From assembly GCF_006345805.1 (NCBI RefSeq), contig NC_042999.1, forward strand, positions 171,120,001 through 171,184,000: DNA of 64,000 nt, given 5' to 3'. Source of the DNA: Octopus sinensis (Eukaryota). A program made the translations under genes and the position numbers. A model generated the notes under the pieces. It made no database searches. It saw only the letters and a program-made list of their open reading frames with translations, and had not been told where the DNA came from. This document shows positions 53,590-64,000 of this stretch, piece after piece (within the stretch, counting starts at the first letter, position 1; every line of letters starts with the position of its first letter).

Positions 53590-54215
53590 AACAAGCCGTC
53601 AGCTATACTGCAGCAACAGAAGGGGTTTGAATAAGGACGTTTTGCAAGTAAAAAAGTGAAGTTCGGCAAAAAGAGATTGAAAAAGTCTAATGAACTCATA
53701 GTTAAGGAAGGAAACAGCCTAAGGCTGACCCCGCCAAATGAAAAAATACAGGAAACAGCAAAAAGAAAAAAAAAAGGGGGATAGAATGCTGTCAAACTGA
53801 AGTAAAAGGGTGGACATAGCGATTGTTGAAGCAATGGAAGAATGTCTTAAGGACATTAAATACCAGAGACAAGAAGTATGCGACCAAACAGGAGACAATA
53901 AAGTGTTCCACGGTGCCATTGAGGTCGGAAGAGCGGGCACTGCTCCCAACGGTAGAGTGCCTCCAGAAATCGATGATGCGTAGCAGCCAACTCCTTCAAC
54001 ATGGAGGAGAAGACCAATGTGCTGAAGGTCACGAGGAAAACAGAAGTAAACTGGTTTGGATATGACCTCGAGGTGACAGTCCAAATCACATAAAATTGCA
54101 GATGAAATTATGCTGCCAGAGGATGTTAAATTAAGAGTGGTAGTGGAGGGAAGACCTCCCATCTACTACCACTGTAGAGTACGAGGACACACGAAAACAA
54201 GGTATCCCTAGAAAC
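53590..54215 (+). pseudogene. Decayed gag-like/LINE ORF1 with zinc knuckle
   Basis: Frameshifted peptides IKCSTVPLRSEERALLPT; VTRKTEVNWFGYDL; VVVEGRPPIYYHCRVRGHTKTRYP (eroded CX2CX4HX4C), followed by an E/K-rich tail. No adjacent RT. Confidence 0.55.
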
Positions 54216-54964
54216 AAGAAGTAGAACAGGAGCAGGAGAAGGAAGAGGAGGAGGAACAAGGAGGGATAGTAAATGAAGAGATGGTAAACGTAGAAGGAAA
54301 AATTCTCAGTTGGAAAAGAAAAAAAGAAAAGAGATGAAAATGCATATTCACTACCAAAAAGCCCGCAAAAAAGAGAAAAGGCAACTTGGAGGAGATACAA
54401 ATTGAAAGAACAGAAATAACAAAAAAGAAAATTACAGAAGAAAAAACAAGTATGCAGAAAGGAAAAGAAGCAACAATAAAGAGTAAGAGAGAGATAGAGA
54501 TGGTTGAGACACGAAAACCAGGAACATCAGGAGAGAATAGAGACGGAAAACGAGAAGGAGTACCGAAAGGAAAAATGTGAGGACTATGATAGAGTATAAA
54601 AAGAGCATAGAAAGAGAGAAACGGAATCAGAGTAAAATCATCAGGGAATGGGCATACCGGGTACGACAAGGTAGTTTTGCTAGAGAGAGAAAAAGGAGAA
54701 AGATTAAAAGAATTATTTGGTGAAAAATTGTAATAACGGAGTTGCTTGTTCGATGCCACGACTTACCACAAGTTGTGCCATTTGATGACATAATAGAACA
54801 CATAGTAATTTGAAAGTAATTGAAATTTGTAAAAGATAAAATGTTTTAAAAAAACGTTGTAAAGTAGAACAATGAACTATTCGTGAATAATGTGTTACAT
54901 AAACAGTTAAATGTCACTGCCTGCATGTGGGGCGCAGGTAAGACATTATATGATTATACTTATC

Positions 54965-55364
54965 GGCGGCGAGCTGGCGGAAACGTTAGCACGCTGGGCG
55001 AAATGCTTCGCGGTATTGCGTCTGTCGTTACGTTGTGAGTTCAAATTCCGCCGAGGTCGACTTTGCCTTTCATCCTTTCGGGGTCGATAAATTAAGTACC
55101 AGTTACGCACTGGGGTCAATGTAATCGACTTAATACCTATGTCTGTTCTTGTTTGTCCCCTCTATGTTCAGCCCCTTGTGGATAATAAAGAAATAGGTAC
55201 TTCTTCTGTCGTTACGTTCTGAGTTCAAATTCCGCTGAGGTCGACTTTGCCTTTCATCCTTTCAGGGTTGATAAATAAAGTACCAGTTTCGCACTGGGGT
55301 CGATGTAATCGACTTAATCCCTTTACTTGTCCTTGTTTGGCCTCTTGTGGGTAGTAAAGAAATA
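54965..55364 (+). mobile_element. SINE family A, head plus tandem body
   Basis: GGCGGCGAGCTGGCGGAAACGTTAGCACG head; junction AAATA-GGTACTTC at ~55195. Confidence 0.9.
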
Positions 55365-55463
55365 TATATGATTATATTAACAATTTCATTCGATTTATGT
55401 TTCATGTACCCCACTGTATTGTGTTATCTGTCTTTGTTCGTCCCTTCTTTGTAAGGACCAATG

Positions 55464-55514
<51 letters not shown>

Positions 55515-56272
55515 TTTCTAAGGAGGTCTACAGAAAGTGTCGACGATGATTATATCGATGAAATTTGAAAATAAAAACAATTTTCTAGCTAGAAATTACC
55601 ATTCATATACTTTAGCAATTCGATAACTTGCGCGTGAGAATTTTGCATCATAACATATCTACGACAAAGGTGGTATCTTTTATCTCTTTTCTTTCATTTG
55701 TTACAGTCAGTTGACGCTGGTGCCCCGCATTGAAGGGATTCAGTCGAACAACCCAAATCCAGTACACCATTTAAAGCCTGGTACTTAATCTAAAGTTCTG
55801 TTTTGCTGAGTGAATATGTTCCGAGGATATAAACAAATCAATGCGGGTTGTTAATCGATGATGGAGGACAAACACACGCATATATCCAGATATTCACACA
55901 GCTACCTTTTAGTTTCCGTCTATAAAATTCATTTAAATTGGCTTTAATCAGTAAGGGCTATCGTATAACACACTAACCTAAGATGCCACAAAATGGGGCT
56001 GCACCCAACCATGTGATTGAGAAGCATACTTCTTACCACGCAGCTACGCCCGCTCTGAGTGATATTAATTATTAGTAGTATTAAACTGGAAATACTGAAA
56101 TAAGAAAAATTACCAGAAATAAGAAAAATTACAATACTCATCGAAAGCGTTCGAATTGTGTTCCAGTGATTTAAACCTTAATTGACAAAGTGGTCCCTTG
56201 TACTCAAATGCCTATAATATTCATACTAATTATGATCAGGTGCATTAATATGTTATCAATTATGAGGTTTTC

Positions 56273-56303
<31 letters not shown>

Positions 56304-56324
56304 AAAGAGAGAGAGAGAGAGAGA

Positions 56325-56355
<31 letters not shown>

Positions 56356-56472
56356 CGTATCTCATCTTCCAGAGCGTTAAGCTAATAAACCTGTTTGTTG
56401 TTTATACACCTGTCTTCGTCTTTTGTTTTTCTGTAAATTTCAACTACACACGCACACACACAAACACACACA

Positions 56473-56522
<50 letters not shown>

Positions 56523-58434
56523 CATACATACATACATACATACACACGAAATTTTAGAGTTCTTTTAGTTTATAATGTTCAGTTTATAATCCTTGCCACT
56601 CGTATATCAAATGTGAGGAAATATTATGGCAAGTGAAGATCAACAGAAATGCCATTTGAAATGAGGTCGCACATGATACTCTGCAGAAACTTATCCTATT
56701 CTCCTCCCACCCATGCCCCTAATTCAAAAGTCACGTATCAGAAATATTTCTCATTTGTAAAATAGAGAGAGAGAGAGAGAGAGAGACAGGGAGGGAGAGA
56801 GATAGAAAACAGCAGGCGATCTTGAAAAAAAAACAATAGCAAAAACTAACATCGAATTTAGGACTGCCAAAATATCTTCAAACAGATCTTGTCAGTAGCC
56901 AGGCTTTGATGGTTGAATTTGTGATGTTATACAAAATCAGTTAGATAACCGGACGGAAAGTTTTCAGTAATTGTAAAGTCAAAGTATTTCAACGGGAAAC
57001 AAGGAATGCCAAGTGTTGCGGTAGACAATAAAGCGATGTCAGTAAAGATAAGTAGATTAGTTTGGAATTTGGTTCAGATGTAACAAGATAATATATCTCA
57101 TTTAAAGCTTGAATGGATATCAGACATATTCAGAAAGAAAGAATAAAAGGTTAGTGATGTTTAAAAGGCTATAGCGGAAAATATTTTTTTAAAATTTTCT
57201 ATTCCAATTTCATAGGACACGAAATATAAAAGAACTCCACAATCACAAAACCATTTTTTTGTTTTTGTATTCGAATCGGAATTGTCAAACAAATTGAGAT
57301 CACTCACAGATATTCGTAAAAGTATGTTTACATGTGTCATGCGCTTTATTTGTTTTGTTTAACATTATAAATGCATCAGTACAAGAAATATCTTTCAAAG
57401 GAGGATATGAGACAGGAGACAGGCTACTAAAATAATTCAAAACTGACGAAAGACTGGCAAAAGCGTAATAAATAGTTTGACTGTGGAGGATACATAATTG
57501 CCTTTATTTTTTTCTTCAACGCATCTGATGTTGTGCTTTATGAACTGTGATGACATACGTTGTATCTTTGGCATTTAAATTTGCAGGTCACATCTTCCTC
57601 CAGTTTTAATCACAGTCAAATTATAGAAATAGCGAATGAGAGATAGAAGAAAGAGAAGAAAAAGGGGAAGCAATGGGGCTAAAGAAAGAAAATTTAACTA
57701 CTCTCCTTAACTGTTTCATTATTTATCTACCCATCAAAAATTAAATTGGTCTCAGTGGGATTTGAACTGAGAAACAAGCACAAATTGCGAAAAGCATTAA
57801 AATGAACGCTTTAACTATGTTTATAAAAGATAATTATTGAACACATAGTCATGATATATTGAATATAATGCAAAGAGAAATAATTAGAAATATTTATTTG
57901 GTGCAGAGAGGCTAACAGCAGGTCAAGAAATAATGGTATTTTAGTATACCAGGAAACATTGGCAATAACACCGGACACGTATCACTCCAATTAGGTCATA
58001 AGCAAATTTGCTGTACTTGCCAAATGATTTATGTATACACTGTTGAACACATGATATTTTGAACTAGTATAAACAAGAATACGTTTCATTTAATAACTCA
58101 GACACGTCAGCCGCTTGAAGAACTATACTTAATGATAAAATACTATATACGTAGAAGAAAATGCTACATTAGGTAATGAAATAATATTATTCTAATAATT
58201 TTGAAAGGCATCGAGGCTAATGCCGAAGATTTTCGGTTTTACTATAATTGTTCAACGAATAAAATACAGTGAATATTTTTTTAATATGTTAGCTTCTGAA
58301 AGTTAAATGATAACTGACAGATAACATATATAAGGCGTATGGTCCTCGGGAAAAATCACAGGATCGATGCAATGAAGAATGTGAAAGTAAAAAGGGATAA
58401 AGCACTAACACGATTTAATTAATAATGATTTCTG

Positions 58435-58874
58435 GGATCTTTTCGGTTTGAACAGCAGTTCTTTCTAGAGATGTCATATGAAAGTGTCACCCATAATTAT
58501 GACCCTAGAATCGATCTGTTGCATTTCAATCTGTTTTAGGGTTAGGGTTAGTTAGGGTTAGGGTTAGGGTTAGAGTTAGGGGTGGGGGGAAGGGTATCTT
58601 TTTTCCTTCAGAAATGTAAATAAACCCAATCTGTTTCTTAAATGAGGGACATATTCATACGGCACAGAATGTTTTCACCTCAATAGACGTATTTGATTGG
58701 TTGAAATTGCAGAAATCGAAGAAAAAACAACACACATCTTACAAACTAGAATTTTCTCAATAAAGCCAAGAGAAAAAGATGTTTTATAAACATATTCTAC
58801 CAGTATACCTAGTTTAAAATTTTTTAGTTACCTAGAAATTATGTTAAAAACTGCCGTTCAAACCGAAAAGATCC
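58435..58874. mobile_element. 440-bp MITE, probably Merlin-type, containing TTAGGG repeats
   Basis: 26-bp TIR GGATCTTTTCGGTTTGAAC(A/G)GCAGTT. Perfect 8-bp TSD GATTTCTG (58427-58434 and 58875-58882). Internal (TTAGGG)n at ~58537-58580. Confidence 0.85.
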
Positions 58875-60374
58875 GATTTCTGATATTTGGATAATTATTG
58901 TAGGTATGTTAAAACCTTTCTAATCCTTCTTGTGAATCACAGGAACGTAAATTCTCAAACTTTGGGAATCCTTTTGCTCTATAGTTATTGACATTCATCA
59001 TTCTTCTGGAGTAAAATACGAAACTACACTAATGCTTTTGAACGCACAACATGTAAGAAGTAAATGACAAATCCTGCCTTGAAAAATATGTTAAGGTCTA
59101 TCATATCTCTACATATTACGCTTAGTTTAATTATATATCATTCTGGTGGGGTTGAATGTTCAGTGTTCTGTTTTTCACTTTTATTTTCTTCTATCATGAT
59201 GTTTGCACCGTCACTAAAAATATAACTCGAAATTCGATATTGAAACGTTTAATAGAAATATTGCATAACTAAAACAATTATTGAACGTAAAACAATAGAA
59301 AACAATAGAAAGATCAAAACTGCTTAAAACGTAAACGATGGAGAGAGACTTAACATGTGAAAAGCAAATTTAAAAAGAAAATTACAGCAAAACTAAACCA
59401 TACAAACAGCTCTGGAATACTGATCATCAAAGTCCGACCTACAGCAATTATGACAAAAATACAAATAAATCGGAATAAAAACAAAGATCTGATTATATAA
59501 AAGTTGAAATCATGAACAACATAAGAGGGAAAATGAAAGGTATAAATCAATAGAAAGTTTCTCTACAAACCAGCGAAAATAGGTTCAAAGTATTAAAATC
59601 ATCAATTAATTAGTAACACATTATTAACGAAAACAGACACGAACATGAATATTAAATTAATTCAAGTTATAGGCTTTCTAGTTAAAAGTGAAAGCCAGTC
59701 CGCCCACGATGTACACGCACAGGAACGCCCGAGGAAATATCGTGGAAGACTACGATGTCGCAAAAAAGAAAAGCTAGATAGATAAAAATTATGAGAAACA
59801 ACTACAGACGAAACATATCAAATCGAATAAAATAACTGAAATTAGAGAAAAAATAGCATCTCTAAGAAATGACTCGGCGCTAAATCGTAGAGGATCCATC
59901 GATATAAAATGCATCAAGGATTCTGTGAAGAAAACGATGATATTTTTTAGTTAAGCCTCAAACAGGTTTATTGAGAAGCAAGTTAAAACTAAGTAGAAGT
60001 AACTGCAAATGAAGAAGGGAAATAGAAGTATACGGTCAAAGGGGATGCAAACAGGAATTTTCTTTTCGTTCTTTCCTTTTTCTGTTTTTATTCACTGTTT
60101 GTCCTCTCATTCAACTTATTGCGTTAACTTACTCGCTTTTTCTTATAGTTTGTCCAATACAGGCGTCCTGGTTTTCAAACAGAACTATGTGCACTGAACC
60201 AAGGAATGCGTGGATACACAAGGCACGTTACATAAATATGCCTAATCACAGTGTCTCCATGGCAAGGTACTATTACTGAGAACTTATTTTGAATACTTAC
60301 TGTGTACATTAAATAGTTATCTCTTACTCGATGGAAGATTTTTTATCTATCCTACCTAAACGGAACGGAATAGT

Positions 60375-60457
<83 letters not shown>

Positions 60458-60590
60458 AGTTATTAATATTAGCAGAAGTAATAAAGTAACTCAATGTCCG
60501 TGAGCTTGGTGCTTTGGCACTTAATAAATGCAAACACTTATCCGGTACGCATCAGCATACCTATATATATATACACACACACACACACAC

Positions 60591-60647
<57 letters not shown>

Positions 60648-61079
60648 TTACATATAAATATGTATACATAGACACATAGAAAGAGTGAATGAGTGTGTGA
60701 AAGAGAGTGTAAGAAAGAGGGAGAGAGAGATTACAAGTAAAATTGCATCTACTGTCGTAATAAAATAGGCATATAAAACACGTGCTGAGGTTGACTTACC
60801 TCCTAAATCACCGACTTAAGATGCATCTAAAACAAATAACAAGGAATGAAATTCTATAAATGGTTTATCATTGATCGCGTGCATGTACAGTAAAAAGAAT
60901 GAACATTTGTGTTCCTGCTTCAATGCATTTTCTTTTATTTACGTCTTCGTAGTCATTTGCTAAATAGCAAACTGCAACTAATACATGTCCCAAAAATGTG
61001 AGTGAAATAAATGGAACATGCAACCACAAATATGTTAACGAGCATATTCTTTTATTCTGTTATTCTTGTAATTGTTTTA

Positions 61080-61400
61080 ATCATTTGACTGCGGCCATAC
61101 TGGAGTACCCACTTTAGTCGAAAAAATCGACCCCAGGACATATTCTTTGTAAGATTTAGAACTTATTCTAACGGACTCTTTTGCCGAAGTGATAGGTTAC
61201 GGGGACGTAAACATAACAATATTAGTTGTCAAGCGATGGTGGAGGAACAAACACAGACACACAAACACATGCACATATACGACGCGCTTCTTTTAGTTTC
61301 CGTCTAACAAATCCATTCACAAGGCTTTTCGTTGGCCCTAGGCTTTAGTGGAAGATACTTGCCCAAGGTTCCACGCCATGGGACTGAAAACGGAACCATG
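61080..61400 (-). mobile_element. SINE family B, diverged
   Basis: Reverse complement CACATGGTTCCG...TCAGTCCCATGGCGTGGAACCTTGGGCAAGTATCTTCCACT...AGACGGAAACTAAAAGAAGCGCGTCG. Confidence 0.7.
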
Positions 61401-61586
61401 TGTTATCTTTTATTTGTTTCAGTTATCAAACTCCAGTCATGACAGAGCAACACCTTGATGACATTGTATCAATCGAATAGGTTTCAAAACCTTTCCAAGC
61501 CTGGCACATACTGTAGTGCACTTTACCGAACTGCTAGATTACGGAAACCAACAACGTTAATCAAATGGCAGTGAGGCACACACACG

Positions 61587-61636
<50 letters not shown>

Positions 61637-61846
61637 ATATTATATATATATATATATATACTAAGCAATAAAGGGTTTAGCAACGAATTGCCTTAACACA
61701 TACCGAATTTAGAAATAGCAGTCAAAGGGTTATAGCTATTTCTTCTACTAAAAAGGGAGATCTCAGTAAAAACAGCAATTGGAAGGCAGACACAAACAGG
61801 TAAGAGAGAATGAATTGACTGCAATCTATCATACATTTTTAAGTTA

Positions 61847-61953
61847 TCTACGGACGTACGTTTCGAAATCAAGTTTTTAGGAAAGCATAAGAATTAAATA
61901 TTAAATATTAAATAATTCTATCTTACCGAAACTTCTTTTCTCTTCAGCGTAGA
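61847..61953 (-). ncRNA. Type I hammerhead ribozyme (family H3), GUC site
   Basis: Exact reverse complement of the 62527-62633 ribozyme. Confidence 0.9.
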
Positions 61954-62526
61954 ATACTATAATCATAAATGATTATATATTGAATTTTGAGATACTAGAA
62001 GGCACCAACTCAACTCAGTATCAGAGCGAGCTAGAATCCGCAACTAGTATCACCGAATTCAATTTGTGAATGAAACGATTGTGTCACCAGCCCCTTCCCA
62101 CCCGCGTGTAGCCAAAACAAGATGCTGTGGTCATCTACTGAGATAAAATATGGTTATCCGTAATAATGAAGGGTGAAATTAATTAATTTGGAATAATTGC
62201 TAAACCCTTTATTGCTTAGTATTACTTAAATTTTCCTCGAATGAGGCTTTTACATGCCGAAGACTACTTGGTGTAATTGATAATTATTCCAAATTAATTA
62301 ATTTCACCCTTCATTATTACGGATAACCATATTTTATCTCAGTAGATGACCACAGCATCTTGTTTTGGCTACACGCGGGTGGGAAGGGGCTGGTGACACA
62401 ATCGTTTCATTCACAAATTGAATTCGGTGATACTAGTTGCGGATTCTAGCTCGCTCTGATACTGAGTTGAGTTGGTGCCTTCTAGTATCTCAAAATTCAA
62501 TATATAATCATTTATGATTATAGTAT

Positions 62527-62633
62527 TCTACGCTGAAGAGAAAAGAAGTTTCGGTAAGATAGAATTATTTAATATTTAATATTTAATTCTTATGCTTTCC
62601 TAAAAACTTGATTTCGAAACGTACGTCCGTAGA
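62527..62633 (+). ncRNA. Type I hammerhead ribozyme (family H3), GUC site, cleavage predicted after 62627
   Basis: TCTACG-CTGAAGA-GAAA-AG-AAGTTT...AAACTT-GA-TTTC-GAAA-CGTACG-TC-CGTAGA. All core nucleotides are canonical. Confidence 0.92.
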
Positions 62634-63125
62634 TAACTTAAAAATGTATGATAGATTGCAGTCAATTCATTCTCTCTTACCTGTTTGTGTCTGCCTTCCA
62701 ATGCTGTTTTTACTGAGATCTCCCTTTTTAGTAGAAGAAATAGCTATAACCCTTTGACTGCTATTTCTAAATTCGGTATGTGGTAAGGCAATTCGTTGCT
62801 AAACCCTTTATTGCTTAGTATTACTTAAATTTTCCTCGAATGAGGCTTTTACATGCCGAAGACTACTTGGTGTAATTGATAATTATTCCAAATTAATTAA
62901 TTTCACCCTTCATTATTACGGATATATATATATATATATAATTATATTATTTTCTCGTATTCTTTTCTGCTGAAGAGCGTAGGCTCGAACGTAAAAAACT
63001 TTCTCACTTTCCTGAGCCTCAAACTAATACACCTGGTTGTTGTTCATACGCCTGTCTTCTATCTTCGTCTGTTGTTTTTGTTGTAAATTTCAACTAAAAT
63101 TTTACACCCACACACACACACTCAT

Positions 63126-63160
<35 letters not shown>

Positions 63161-63476
63161 GAATAAATAAAAGAATGGAGTTGAACGACAAAATAACAAA
63201 TTTCCTTTATTTTCGACATATGTTTCGAAGGCTGCATATTCCTAATTGTGGAGGAATAAGGAGTACATTATGCCACTTTCTCATCAGGAAAAACAAGGAA
63301 TTTATGTCAACATTAAGATTTACAAAAATGTTTTAGATGACTGCTCTCACGGAGCGCTATTCCTCCACAATTCCTACTTATTCCTCCACAATTAGGAATA
63401 TGCAACCTTCGAAACATAAGTCGAAAATAAAGGAAATTTGTTAATTTGTCGTTCAACTCCATTATTTCATTTATTC
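63161..63476. mobile_element. Short PLE-type foldback: arms 63161-63260 and 63377-63476
   Basis: ~100-bp inverted arms with several mismatches. The plus arm holds only the 3' half of the hammerhead found on the minus strand. (TA)n lies on the left. Confidence 0.8.
63202..63300 (-). ncRNA. Type I hammerhead ribozyme (family H4), GUC site, cleavage predicted between 63215 and 63214
   Basis: TTCCTT-GT-TTTTC-CTGATGA-GAAAGTGGCAT...ATGCAGCCTTC-GAAA-CATATG-TC-GAAAA-TA-AAGGAA, a bipartite stem I. Confidence 0.88.
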
Positions 63477-63635
63477 ATAAATTTTATAAAAATACACACA
63501 AATTTCCACACGAAAACACGTAGTCTCTGCCCTAGGCACGTAACTTCAACCGTGTTATTTCTGATGTGAATTTGCTACCCAGGTATCGGTTAAACGAATT
63601 ATCTATAAAAAGATATTTCATTTTTCTACTCAAAC

Positions 63636-63693
<58 letters not shown>

Positions 63694-64000
63694 TTAAGGT
63701 ATGTAGAAAAATACAACATGGACAAGAACGTATAACTCATAGAAGACGATACAATAAACATGGACAGGACATTCGAACCCCTCAGTCTTCAGTCAAGAAC
63801 CGGATCATCGTAGTAATTTCGGCTGATTAATCTTGAGATTACTAGATCACGGCCAGCCCTCCAAGAAAAACTAAGCTGGAAGCGTAGATTTCCTGGAAGA
63901 AGGATCGAATGCATACGAACACCAGGACAGCAAAAGGGACAGATAAAAAAAACAAAAAACAATAATGGAATACAGAAACATGAAATACAGAAGCATTAAC

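Larger units (their letters stand above)
61659..62924. mobile_element. Non-coding 599-bp hammerhead-containing unit (retrozyme-like): inverted copy 61659-62198 plus 1.2 tandem units 62197-62924
   Basis: 61659-62198 is the reverse complement of 62282-62821 with about 2 differences. TTGCTAAACCC recurs at 62197 and 62796. No ORF. (TA)n lies on both sides. Confidence 0.92.

Overview
AT-rich eukaryotic genomic DNA, dense in (TA)n, (CA)n and (TAA)n microsatellites. The SINE families suggest an octopus or other cephalopod, but this is an inference and was not verified. I can support no host gene. The window is a transposon-rich intergenic or intronic stretch. Its dominant theme is Penelope-like elements (PLEs) and their type I hammerhead ribozymes (HHRs). 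(1) A near-intact, Naiad-like RT + GIY-YIG PLE with a 4,650-bp period and two HHRs in direct repeats (40.6-46.8 kb). (2) A 5'-truncated relative folded into a ~2-kb-arm inverted repeat, with an HHR in each arm (21.6-27.0 kb). (3) A young, non-coding 599-bp HHR unit that looks like a retrozyme (61.7-62.9 kb). (4) A fourth HHR family (63.2 kb) and several decayed HHRs. Also present: a Tc1 (DD34E) element with an open transposase ORF, a decayed Helitron with an intact 3' end, R4/Dong and RTE LINE remnants, a gag-like ORF1 remnant, a mariner remnant, many tRNA-type SINEs, and a GG-terminated MITE with an 8-bp TSD that carries TTAGGG repeats. Most short ORFs in the supplied track are microsatellite translations. 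All RNA folds were paired by eye, not computed.
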